Origin: Acidimicrobiales bacterium
GTDB taxonomy: Bacteria; Actinomycetota; Acidimicrobiia; Acidimicrobiales; JBBRAZ01
Direction of reading: 5' to 3'
Length of the DNA: 64,000 nt
NCBI GenBank assembly: GCA_038206295.1
Contig: JBBRAZ010000017.1
Span: 1,122-65,121, forward strand
In this document: one piece after another, positions 8,002 through 16,333 of the stretch
Numbering within the stretch: the stretch's first letter is position 1
How the letters are laid out: each line of letters begins with the position of its first letter
Program-made: the position numbers and the translations under genes
Notes under the pieces: generated by a model
The model's database searches: none
What the model saw: only the letters and a program-made list of their open reading frames with translations
Told to the model about the DNA's origin: nothing

Positions 8002-9099
8002 TCAAGATGCTGGAAGTCCCACACCAAGCCGTTCCCGGAGTACAGAAGCACCCCGGATCAGATCGGATTGGAAGGAACTAAGACGATCGATAATGGAATC
8101 CATCACCTGAGTAGCATTCCGGGCGGATCGAGAAAAGTCTCGATTGAGTCTCTGATCACGGAGCTCCTGCAGCGTCGTTCGCATCGACCTAATTCCCGTA
8201 AGGCCGCCGTCGAGACCCTGACTCAATCCCTCGAGGTTCTCCATGAGCTTCTGGGCAGATTCCCGGTCCGAAGGATCTTCCAGCGGCGCTAGCTCGAAGA
8301 TGTCCATTAGGCTTTCGGAAATCGCCGGTGCAACTAACCCAAGAAGTTCGTCGTATGTGTCCAGCTCTTCCTTGTACCAATCGAGATCCTTTGCCGCTCG
8401 TCGAAGAACGGCAAGTGCCTTCGCCGTGTGTCCGGGAGACGCTGCAGTCTGCAGGTCCTGCACCTCAGCCGTACGAGTGACGAAGCGCTCTCCGATCTCC
8501 CGCGTTGCTGTCGATACTGCGATTGTCCCGTTCGATAGGTTTTCAAGGCGATCTTGGTTTTCAATAAGATGATCCAGAAGTCCGGCCGGCTCATCTTCCT
8601 CTATATGCACGAGAGACGAAGGCGCTCCTAGCGACTCATGAGAGTCTTTGTCGAAGAAGTCTTGGACAGGGCTCGAATACTTGATTGTACCGTCTTGGAC
8701 AGCTCGCGCAATCGATTTCAGTGAGTCGATAAGCCCGCCTATGGCTGCAAAGTGCGGGGAGTACTTGATCAATCGGTATGACCGAAGATCAAATGGAACC
8801 TGATCGATATCTTGGGTCAAGATGACTGTGGGCTTTCCGAGAGCATGGGCGATGCCAAGCTCGTACATTACGTTTGGGTTTCTCGAGGAGATTTCTGCAA
8901 CCACAAGGTCAGCTTGGCTGATCCCGTGGACAATCGCGGCAAGGATGTTCTGAAGATCGAGCTCATCGGCTCTCGCGACCACGAATCCCTCTTGCTCCAG
9001 GGTCGGTTTGATTAGCTGCGAATAGATCTCTGTGTACTCAGTGTCGATTGGGGAAAGCACAAACGCGTTCGGCTTGCGCTCCTCCACTGCGGCTGTCAT
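8002..9099 (-). CDS. Nucleoside-deoxyribosyltransferase/TIR-like N-terminal domain + long helical C-terminal region (365 aa)
   Basis: AFVLSP, RAD, ISQADLVVAEISSRNPNVMYELGIAHALGKPTVIL and PFDL motifs; ATG 9099 with a GGAGG RBS; C-terminal part amphipathic/helical. Confidence 0.8.
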   Translation of the reverse strand: MTAAVEERKPNAFVLSPIDTEYTEIYSQLIKPTLEQEGFVVARADELDLQNILAAIVHGISQADLVVAEISSRNPNVMYELGIAHALGKPTVILTQDIDQVPFDLRSYRLIKYSPHFAAIGGLIDSLKSIARAVQDGTIKYSSPVQDFFDKDSHESLGAPSSLVHIEEDEPAGLLDHLIENQDRLENLSNGTIAVSTATREIGERFVTRTAEVQDLQTAASPGHTAKALAVLRRAAKDLDWYKEELDTYDELLGLVAPAISESLMDIFELAPLEDPSDRESAQKLMENLEGLSQGLDGGLTGIRSMRTTLQELRDQRLNRDFSRSARNATQVMDSIIDRLSSFQSDLIRGASVLRERLGVGLPAS

Positions 9100-9220
9100 C
9101 AAGAACCTCCGTCGTGGGTGCGAGGCTAGTAACACAGCACCGTCAAACTGCATGGACCCTAGCTGGCAGGGCGGTTCGATCAGCGAACGGGCCCCGGACC
9201 CGCAGATCGGATCCGCCTGC

Positions 9221-9556
9221 TCATGGCACGACCCACCCTACTGACCGAAGCCAGTCGACCTCGCGGGGACTGAGCTCCCTGGTCCCGTGTTTCCATGACC
9301 CATCAATGTTGAGTGCGGATCCATCGCGAAAGTGGATCTGGGGTACCTCCGCGCCCGAGTTGTTGATGCCGTCGACGCGCTGCACCGACGACGGTCGGCC
9401 TGTGCGCCGCCGAGCCAACCCCACGGCCACCTGCCAGTGCACCTTCAGATGCTCGAAATCTGCAACGTGACGACACTCGACGACCGCGCCGTCCGGATCA
9501 GATGCGCCTATCACCGGATCACACCACTTCGCGCACGAGCAGGGCCAGCTCAATGC
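9221..9556 (-). pseudogene. 3' fragment of IS-interrupted Menshen NsnC-like effector gene
   Basis: In frame with the 5' fragment once the IS and one target-site copy are removed (...HHLGGW|AL|SWPCSCAKW...); ends RVDGINNSGAEVPQIHFRDGSALNIDGSWKHG...GWVVP*. Confidence 0.75.
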
Positions 9557-10967
9557 GGCGCTTCGCGGATGAGCGGGGTGGGGTGAGGGGCTGAGGGTCC
9601 CGGGCGCGGTACAGGGGCTCAACGAGTCTGGAGATGTCTGACGTCTCTAGATCGAGGAGCCCCTGTGTCTTCTGATGCTACGCGCATGTGCGAGCTGCTG
9701 GTCGGCCTGCCCGACGTGGACGTGCTCGACGTCGTGGAGACCGCCGACGCCCTGGTGGTCACGATCGCGACGCGTGGCGCCCGGCCGTCGTGCCCGGCGT
9801 GTGCGGGTGCGGTGGTGCTCAAGGACCGCACCGATGTCGCGCACGCGGATCTGCCGTGCTTCGGGCGTCGCACGACGCTGGTGTGGCGCAAGGCCCGCTG
9901 GGCGTGCCCCGACGCGCTGTGCGCGGTGGGGTCGTTCACCGAGCAGGCGCCCGCCATCGCAGCACCCCGGTTGGCGATCACCGATCGGGCGGGGCGGTGG
10001 GTGACGATGCAGGTCGGTCGCCACGGCCGCTCGGTGAGCGAGGTCGCTGAGGATCTGGGGTGCGGGTGGCACGCGGTGATGGACGCCGTGATCGCGTACG
10101 GCGCCGTGCTGGTCGATGACCCGGCCCGCTTCGGTGCGGTCGCCGCGATCGGCCTCGATGAGACGCTGCGCTGCCGGGTCGGACCGTGGCGTGAGCAGCA
10201 GTGGTCCACCCAGATCGTCGATGTCGGCGCCGGGCAGCTCCTCGACGTCGTTGCGGGGCGCTCCGCTGCGGGGCCGTGCAACTGGTTCGCTGCACGCAGC
10301 GACGAGTGGCTCGATGCTGTGGCGTGGGGGGCCCTGGACCTGTCGGGGCCGTACCGCAAGGTGTTCGACACGATGCTGCCCGCAGCTGTGCAGGTCGCGG
10401 ATCCGTTCCACGTGGTCAAGCTGGCGAACACGAAGCTCGACGAGTGCCGTCGCCGCGTGCAGAACGAGACCCTCGGGCACCGCGGCCACAAGCACGACCC
10501 GCTGTACCGGTGCAGGCGGCTGCTCACCCGCGCCGATGAACGCCTCGACGCGAAGGGCCGCTCGAAGCTCCTCGGTCTCCTGGAGGCCGGCGACCCGCGC
10601 GGTGAGGTCCGCACCGCGTGGCACGCGAAGGAGACGGTGCGCTCCATCTACGACCTCCTCGACGCCGACGTCGCCCTCGAGTTCGTCACCCGCCTCGGCC
10701 ACGACCTCCAAGACGAGGACTGCCCACCGGAGGTCCGCCAGCTCGGCCGCACCATCGTGCGGTGGCGTCACCAGATCGCCGCGTGGCACCAGTCGCATGT
10801 GAGCAACGGACCGACCGAAGCGGTCAACAACCTCGTCAAGCGCGTGAAGCGCGTCGCGTTCGGGATCACGAACTTCGTCAACTACCGGATCCGCGCTCTG
10901 CTCTACGCCGGCAAGCCCAACTGGGACCTACTCGCGACGGTCACACCCCGCTGAAACGCGAAGCGCC
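9557..10967 (+). mobile_element. ISL3-family insertion sequence (1411 bp)
   Basis: Left IR GGCGCTTCGCGGATGAGCGGGGTG (9557-9580) vs right IR reverse complement GGCGCTTCGCGTTTCAGCGGGGTG (10944-10967), 21/24 identical; 8-bp direct repeat CTCAATGC at 9549-9556 and 10968-10975. Confidence 0.93.
9665..10954 (+). CDS. ISL3-family transposase
   Basis: Zinc-finger CPAC...WACPDALC, DDE-type motifs GLDET, ALDLS and SNGPTEAVN, plus DPFHVV; intact 429-aa ORF. Confidence 0.93.
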   Translation: MSSDATRMCELLVGLPDVDVLDVVETADALVVTIATRGARPSCPACAGAVVLKDRTDVAHADLPCFGRRTTLVWRKARWACPDALCAVGSFTEQAPAIAAPRLAITDRAGRWVTMQVGRHGRSVSEVAEDLGCGWHAVMDAVIAYGAVLVDDPARFGAVAAIGLDETLRCRVGPWREQQWSTQIVDVGAGQLLDVVAGRSAAGPCNWFAARSDEWLDAVAWGALDLSGPYRKVFDTMLPAAVQVADPFHVVKLANTKLDECRRRVQNETLGHRGHKHDPLYRCRRLLTRADERLDAKGRSKLLGLLEAGDPRGEVRTAWHAKETVRSIYDLLDADVALEFVTRLGHDLQDEDCPPEVRQLGRTIVRWRHQIAAWHQSHVSNGPTEAVNNLVKRVKRVAFGITNFVNYRIRALLYAGKPNWDLLATVTPR

Positions 10968-11290
10968 CTCAATGCCCAGCCACCCAGATGATGGGCCGAC
11001 GAAAGTCCGCGAGCTGAAGTGCCCCTCCATCTCAGCTGACCGGCCGAGCGCGGGCCACGGGCGTTCGTGGCTCCCTCCAACAGCAGAACGACCTTGTCGC
11101 GCTTCGGGCCCTTCCGGACCTCGTCGTACTCGTCGGAGCACTTGAGGCGCTGAACCAATGGGCCGCCGTCGACTATCAGCCATCCCCGAACTTGATCGAG
11201 CAACCCGATCAAGCGACCTGCCTCAACTTGGTCGCCACAGCACGCGAGCGACAACTCGTTGAACGCAAACGCCTTATCAGGGTGGGGCAC
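10968..11290 (-). pseudogene. 5' fragment of IS-interrupted Menshen NsnC-like effector gene
   Basis: GTG 11290 with GAGGTGAGG RBS, 12 bp after the ATPase stop; 105 codons up to the target duplication (MPHPDKAFAFNELS...HHLGGW). Confidence 0.75.
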
Positions 11291-11302
11291 GACCTCACCT
11301 CA

Positions 11303-12427
11303 CTAGTTGGCGAAGTCTGCCAGCGCCGAAAGAGACTCGAGGTACTGATCGAAGAAGCCGTCTGGCCAGTGCGCGATCTGACCGGCGACGTCGATCACGA
11401 GTGGTTCAAACCGCGATTCCCCACCCTCGACCCGCGAGAAGTAGACCAGGCTCACGTCGCGCGGCTTAAGTGTCCCTTCGGCCACTCCGAGTCGAATCGC
11501 GTTGAGAACGTGATCGCTATGTGTCTCGACCACGACCTGTGCGCCTGCCCTAGCGCAAGCTACGCACAGCCTCGCAAGGTGGCCTTGGCCACGTGGGTGA
11601 AGGTGCGACTCCGGGTTCTCTACGAGAAGGAGGTCGCCGCGCCGAGCGGAGAGACAGGCAACGATGACGGGCAGCGCATAGCTGAGCCCAAACCCAACGT
11701 TGGTCGCACGATGCGGCCTTCCCGAGCTGAGTCCGGTCAGAGGACCGTCGGAGAAGCGAACGACAGCCGAACCCGTACCGGCCAGGTTGCTGGGGTAGAT
11801 CCGGGTATCGCTCGAGATCAGCTCTAACCACGCACCACACTGCTGCTCGAGGGACTTTCCCACCCCGGGCAAACGAAGCGGCGCTGCTACATCCTCGCTG
11901 CCGCGCGTAAGCAACAGGTGAACGGCATACTCGCCGCGTGGGCCAACGCTACGACTTCCCACGACGGCTGAGTGGGACTTCTGGTGAACAAGCGTCGGGC
12001 CGAGACGATCGGCGCGAACGTACTCAAGATGTTTCCACGGAATGTCAACGCGGATCGGATCGTCGCGGTCCTGGAGCGGGATGAAATCGGCATCGGACTG
12101 AGCCGAGCCGCCGAAGTGCCGCCATGGACTGCTCGTCGAGCGAATCCCAACCTCCAGCACCTGTGGTCCCTGCTCACGCGCCGGAGCAGCATCGGGCCTA
12201 TCGAACAGTACGTCCTCGTAGTCGCCCAGCTCAATCAAGTCACCGTTGAGTACGAATCCGGGCGGGTCCTGGTCACGAGATTGCTCCAAGAGGACAATGG
12301 CATGCATCACGGACGACTTTCCCGACGAGTTCGTTCCAGTGAGGACGGTGAGCTTGCCTAATCGAACGTCGAGCCGACGAAACCCCTTGAAATTCGTCAA
12401 TCGGAGATCGTGAATTCGCCCAGTCAC
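11303..12427 (-). CDS. AAA_21/ABC-type ATPase with DUF3696-like C-terminus (Menshen NsnB-like)
   Basis: LTNFKGF, Walker A GTNSSGKSS, signature VGFGLSYALP, Walker B LVENPESHLHP, ETHSDH and C-terminal HWPDGFFDQ. Confidence 0.85.
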   Translation of the reverse strand: MTGRIHDLRLTNFKGFRRLDVRLGKLTVLTGTNSSGKSSVMHAIVLLEQSRDQDPPGFVLNGDLIELGDYEDVLFDRPDAAPAREQGPQVLEVGIRSTSSPWRHFGGSAQSDADFIPLQDRDDPIRVDIPWKHLEYVRADRLGPTLVHQKSHSAVVGSRSVGPRGEYAVHLLLTRGSEDVAAPLRLPGVGKSLEQQCGAWLELISSDTRIYPSNLAGTGSAVVRFSDGPLTGLSSGRPHRATNVGFGLSYALPVIVACLSARRGDLLLVENPESHLHPRGQGHLARLCVACARAGAQVVVETHSDHVLNAIRLGVAEGTLKPRDVSLVYFSRVEGGESRFEPLVIDVAGQIAHWPDGFFDQYLESLSALADFAN

Positions 12428-13620
12428 CGCAGCGCCCTTCCAACCTTCTCGTGGCGCAGATGGACCTTCCGATAGTCACCTGTGCCTTGAGAGATCGAGG
12501 CGAGGAACTCGGGGTCCTCAAGCAGTACCTTGAATCGCTTCTGCACCGTCGCCTTCCGAGAGCCCAGCTTCTTTCGGTCAGCCACTGACTTCGCAGATAT
12601 CGCGACCATCACCGTCTCGAACAGAGCCTTGTTGATCGGCGCTCGGCGAGGATCGCCCGGAAGGCTTTTCCGGAATGCATGTTCGCCGAACAGCGCAGAG
12701 GCCACACCCAAGCTTCCCTTGAACAGCGACGAGAAGGAGCGCCTCTTCGCCGCCGTCATCGAGCTCAACGCCTTCAGGCCACCAGTAAGGAACCCGTCGA
12801 AATCGGTCGACCGAGAGTATGACTCAACGCCCTGTACGTGGAAGGCCGCGTAGCGAAGGATGATCTCTCGATCCTCCATCCTGTCGCTTCGCACGCGCCC
12901 ACCAGTCGCCTTCTTGAACTCGTCGCTTTCAGCGAGCGTCCCAAGCAGGATGCGACCTTCGCCCGGCGTCAACGCGTGGCGAAGCTCCTGACGTGTCAGA
13001 GGTGCACCACCCGTGTTGATCCGAGCAAAGATGTTGAACATCACTGGCTCGGGTGTGCCGCGCCGAATCAGGTTGAGCACAAACTCAGTCTCCTGGATCC
13101 GTGTCTGGAGACTCGGTCCAAGGTCTTCGTAGGTCAGCCCCTCATACTGAGACAGGTACTCCAGGCTCCGCAGCTGTCGGAAGGATGAGCCCGGCAGAAG
13201 GTCCGGTTCGACGAAGCTCGCGATGGTGGAGATGCGCTGGACGCCATCAACCACGATCCACTTGTCATCGCCGGTCTGCGACTCGGCCGCGTACATCGTC
13301 GGAAGTGGAATCCGTAGCAGGAGAGACTCGATCAGTCGACTCTTTCGTTGAAGGTTCCAGATTCCCGACTTCCGCTGAAAGTCAGGTTCCAGATCGAGGC
13401 GGCCGGACCGCAGGCGGGACAGAAGCAGGTTGACGTTTGGCGTTCGCTGGACGACATCAATGTCCTCGGGATCGAACGGATTGACGATCGGCTCCAGCGA
13501 TGGATCGTCGAGCTCTGGCTCGAAGTCTTCGTCCTGGCTCGTATCCTCGAGTGTGGGCATCGCGTTAGCTCGCAGCGGGTCGGAGGGTCCGAAAATCACG
13601 GAAGGTACGGCCGAAGCCAC
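12424..13620 (-). CDS. DUF262 (ParB/Srx-like, GmrS-like) protein (Menshen NsnA-like)
   Basis: PDFQR, LIESLLLRIP, VDGVQR, FARINTGG and LTRQELR motifs; 4-bp overlap (ATGA) with the ATPase gene; alternative start ATG 13560. Confidence 0.87.
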   Translation of the reverse strand: MASAVPSVIFGPSDPLRANAMPTLEDTSQDEDFEPELDDPSLEPIVNPFDPEDIDVVQRTPNVNLLLSRLRSGRLDLEPDFQRKSGIWNLQRKSRLIESLLLRIPLPTMYAAESQTGDDKWIVVDGVQRISTIASFVEPDLLPGSSFRQLRSLEYLSQYEGLTYEDLGPSLQTRIQETEFVLNLIRRGTPEPVMFNIFARINTGGAPLTRQELRHALTPGEGRILLGTLAESDEFKKATGGRVRSDRMEDREIILRYAAFHVQGVESYSRSTDFDGFLTGGLKALSSMTAAKRRSFSSLFKGSLGVASALFGEHAFRKSLPGDPRRAPINKALFETVMVAISAKSVADRKKLGSRKATVQKRFKVLLEDPEFLASISQGTGDYRKVHLRHEKVGRALR

Positions 13621-13831
13621 CAGCCATCAGCGACTCGAGCACTCGCCGAGACTAGTGAGCTGCCGCGCGCCCAAGGCGGACCAACGAATGCACTGACCGT
13701 GCGGCCGGCCAGTCATTGTCGACTTGGACCCCGAAAGCAGCCCAGCGATCGGTGCCCGATGGGTTCGCCGTCCTTTCGGCCGAGGCGGGTCCGGCGGCCG
13801 GAACGCACCCCCTTGGCGACCAGTAGCTCGT

Positions 13832-13850
13832 GATGACAAACCGATGACAA
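13832..13850. repeat. Direct repeat GATGACAA x2 (11-bp period), candidate integrase arm-type sites
   Basis: Copies at 13832-13839 and 13843-13850, about 70 bp from the tRNA 3' end on the island side. Confidence 0.45.
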
Positions 13851-13881
13851 GCGCCCGATCCGAGCTGGTCGACCACCGCCG

Positions 13882-13916
13882 AAAAATGCGCTGACCAGGG
13901 CGATTGCCCTGGTCAG
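13882..13916 (-). terminator. Hairpin terminator after tRNA-Leu(GAG)
   Basis: Perfect 11-bp stem CTGACCAGGGC/GCCCTGGTCAG (13891-13916), 4-nt loop, followed 4 nt later by TTTTT on the minus strand. Confidence 0.65.
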
Positions 13917-13917
13917 G

Positions 13918-14004
13918 TGGTGTCGGAGGGGGGACTTGAACCCCCACGTCCTTGCGGACACTAGCCCCTCAAGCTAGCGCGTCTACCTATTCCGCCACTC
14001 CGAC
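13918..14004 (-). tRNA. tRNA-Leu(GAG)
   Basis: Acceptor stem GTCGGAG/CTCCGAC + A-CCA, anticodon arm CTAGC-TTGAGGG-GCTAG, long variable arm, GTTCAA T-loop. Confidence 0.96.
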
Positions 14005-14083
14005 GTGGCACCGGCGAACCGGTGCGGAGCGTGACTCTAGCAACCCCGCCCCCCAGCCCGGAAGCCGAAGGCGCGCCTGGCCG

Positions 14084-14311
14084 CTAGGCCATCAGCAGGG
14101 TGAGCGAGGCGGTGGTGAACGAGAACACCAGCGCCACCACGACCGTGATGCGGTCGAGGTTCTTCTCCACCACGGTCGACCCTGCGGCCGCACCGCTCAT
14201 GCCGCCGCCGAACATGTCCGACAGGCCGCCGCCCTTGCCGCTGTGCAGCAGCACGAGGAAGATCAGCGACAACGTGGCGATCACGTGCACGATGGTGACG
14301 GCGACTAGCAC
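14084..14311 (-). CDS. secG: Preprotein translocase subunit SecG
   Basis: Two TM segments, LHSGKGGGLSDMFGGG and VEKNLDRIT; follows tpiA. Confidence 0.95.
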   Translation of the reverse strand: MLVAVTIVHVIATLSLIFLVLLHSGKGGGLSDMFGGGMSGAAAGSTVVEKNLDRITVVVALVFSFTTASLTLLMA

Positions 14312-14383
14312 TGCAGCTCCTCTGCGGTCAGGGGGACCGGCCCGCCAGGCTACCCGAAGCCCAGCGGTGCACCCCAGCCAGGC

Positions 14384-15166
14384 TCAGCCGGCCAGCCGGT
14401 ACTGCACGATGTGGGCGAAGTCCTCGGGCACCAGGCTGGCGCCGCCCACCAGCGCCCCGTCGATGTCGGGCATCGCCATCAGCTCGGGCGCGTTGCCGGG
14501 CTTCACCGACCCGCCGTACTGGATGCGCACCGCCGCGGCCGCGTCCGAGCCGAACGCGTCGGCCACCACGCCGCGGATCGCAGCGCACACCGCCTGCGCG
14601 TCCTCCGACGACGCGGTCTTGCCCGTCCCGATGGCCCAGATCGGCTCATACGCGATCACGAGCCCGGCCACCGCGTCGGCCTTCAGGCCCGCCAGCCCGG
14701 CGCGCACCTGGCCGTCGACCTTCGCCTCGGTCGTGCCCGCCTCGCGCTCATCGAGCGTCTCGCCGCAGCACACGATCGGCGTCATCTCGTGCTTCAGGAT
14801 GGCCTTCACCTTGCGGTTCACGTCCTCGTCGGTCTCACCGAACAGCTCCCGGCGCTCCGAGTGCCCGACGATCACCAGGCTCACGTTCATCTTGGCCAGC
14901 ATCCCCGGCGCCACCTCGCCGGTGAACGCCCCGCTGTCCTCCCAGTGGCAGTGCTGCGCGCCGAGCTGGATCGGGATGCGGTCCGACTCCAGCGTCGTCT
15001 GCACCGAGCGGATGTCGGTGAACGGCGGGTGCACCGACACGTCGACCTTGTCCACGTCGTCCTCGGTGATGAGATAGCTCAGCTTCTGGACCGACTGGAT
15101 GGCCTCGAAGTGGTTGTTGAACATCTTCCAGTTGCCGCTGATCAGCGGCTTGCGGGCCTCAGCCAT
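14384..15166 (-). CDS. tpiA: Triosephosphate isomerase
   Basis: GNWKM, GHSERR, AYEPIWAIGTG, YGGSV and LVGGASL; real start ATG 15166 (MAEARKP) inside a longer track ORF. Confidence 0.97.
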   Translation of the reverse strand: MAEARKPLISGNWKMFNNHFEAIQSVQKLSYLITEDDVDKVDVSVHPPFTDIRSVQTTLESDRIPIQLGAQHCHWEDSGAFTGEVAPGMLAKMNVSLVIVGHSERRELFGETDEDVNRKVKAILKHEMTPIVCCGETLDEREAGTTEAKVDGQVRAGLAGLKADAVAGLVIAYEPIWAIGTGKTASSEDAQAVCAAIRGVVADAFGSDAAAAVRIQYGGSVKPGNAPELMAMPDIDGALVGGASLVPEDFAHIVQYRLAG

Positions 15167-15189
15167 GGGATCGCTCCTGCTCTGGGCCC

Positions 15190-16323
15190 TCAGGCCGATG
15201 GTGCGTTGGGTGCGTTGCGCAGCGCCTCGAGGCCCGGCAGGTCGCCCTGCTCGAGCAGCTCCAGCGACGCGCCGCCCCCTGTCGAGACGTGGTCGATGCG
15301 ATCGGCCAGGCCGAACTGCGCCGCGGCCGCTGCCGAGTCGCCGCCGCCGACCACCGAGAAGCCCCGCGTGTCCGCGACGGCTTCGGCCACCGTGCGCGTC
15401 CCGGCGGCGAAGCGCGGGTCCTCGAACACGCCCATCGGGCCGTTCCACAGCACGGTGCTCGCCTCGAGCACCAGCTCGGAGAACTCCGCCGCGCTGCCCG
15501 GTCCGATGTCGAGGCCCATCCAGCCATCCGGCACGTCCATGCCCACCTGGCGCACGTCACCGCCGGCATCGGGATCGCCGATCGTGCCACCGGGCCCCAT
15601 CACCGTGAGGTCGTGCGGCAGGTGGATCGGCGCACCGGAGTCGAGCAACCGCTTGCACGTGTCGACCATGTCGTCCTCGCACAGCGACGAGCCGATGCGG
15701 TGCCCCTGCGCCTTGAGGAACGTGAAGCACATGCCACCGCCGATGATCAGCCCGTCGACCACCTCGAGCATCGCCTCGATGACGCCGAGCTTGTCGCTCA
15801 CCTTCGAGCCGCCCATGATCGCCACGAACGGCCGCCCGGGGTTCGAGCGCAGCGTCAGCAGCACCTCCACCTCACGAGCCAGCAGCCGGCCCGCCGCCGA
15901 CGGCAGCGTCTTGGGCGGCCCCACGATCGACGCGTGCGCCCGGTGCGACGCGCCGAAGGCGTCGTTCACGTAGGCATCGAAGCCCTCGATGAGCTTCGCC
16001 ACGAAGGCCGGATCGTTGGCCTCCTCGCCCTTGTCGTAGCGCAGGTTCTCCAGCAGCTCCACGCCCGGCGCCAGCTCGGCGAGCCGAGCGCGCACCGGCG
16101 CCACGGAGTACTTCGGGTTCGGCTCGCCCTTCGGACGCCCGAGGTGCGTGCACGCCACCACCTCCGCACCCGCCGCCTGCAGCCACTCGATCGTGGGCAG
16201 GGCGGCGCGGATGCGCAGGTCGTCGGTGATGCGGTCGCCGTCGAGCGGGACGTTGAAGTCCGCTCGCAGCAGCACGCGGCGACCGCTCAGGTCACCCAGG
16301 TCCTCCAGCTGCGGGACGCTCAC
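15190..16323 (-). CDS. pgk: Phosphoglycerate kinase
   Basis: RADFNVP, HLGRPKG, NDAFGASHRAHAS, WNGPMGVFE and STGGGASLE. Confidence 0.97.
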   Translation of the reverse strand: MSVPQLEDLGDLSGRRVLLRADFNVPLDGDRITDDLRIRAALPTIEWLQAAGAEVVACTHLGRPKGEPNPKYSVAPVRARLAELAPGVELLENLRYDKGEEANDPAFVAKLIEGFDAYVNDAFGASHRAHASIVGPPKTLPSAAGRLLAREVEVLLTLRSNPGRPFVAIMGGSKVSDKLGVIEAMLEVVDGLIIGGGMCFTFLKAQGHRIGSSLCEDDMVDTCKRLLDSGAPIHLPHDLTVMGPGGTIGDPDAGGDVRQVGMDVPDGWMGLDIGPGSAAEFSELVLEASTVLWNGPMGVFEDPRFAAGTRTVAEAVADTRGFSVVGGGDSAAAAAQFGLADRIDHVSTGGGASLELLEQGDLPGLEALRNAPNAPSA

Positions 16324-16333
16324 TGCGGCAGGG

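Noticed and set aside
7240-9099. Calling the cyclase-like/NDT pair Pycsar or CBASS
   Set aside because: No cNMP-binding-domain effector and no CD-NTase motifs; the cyclase lacks the canonical Arg; left unassigned.
9221-9622. 133-aa stand-alone ORF in the track
   Set aside because: Its first 22 codons come from IS sequence; it is the 3' half of the interrupted gene.
11192-11827. 211-aa + strand ORF
   Set aside because: Antisense to the ATPase and effector 5' fragment; no motifs.
1-13917. Prophage or ICE call for the island
   Set aside because: No integrase, structural, replication or conjugation genes, and no second att copy in the window.
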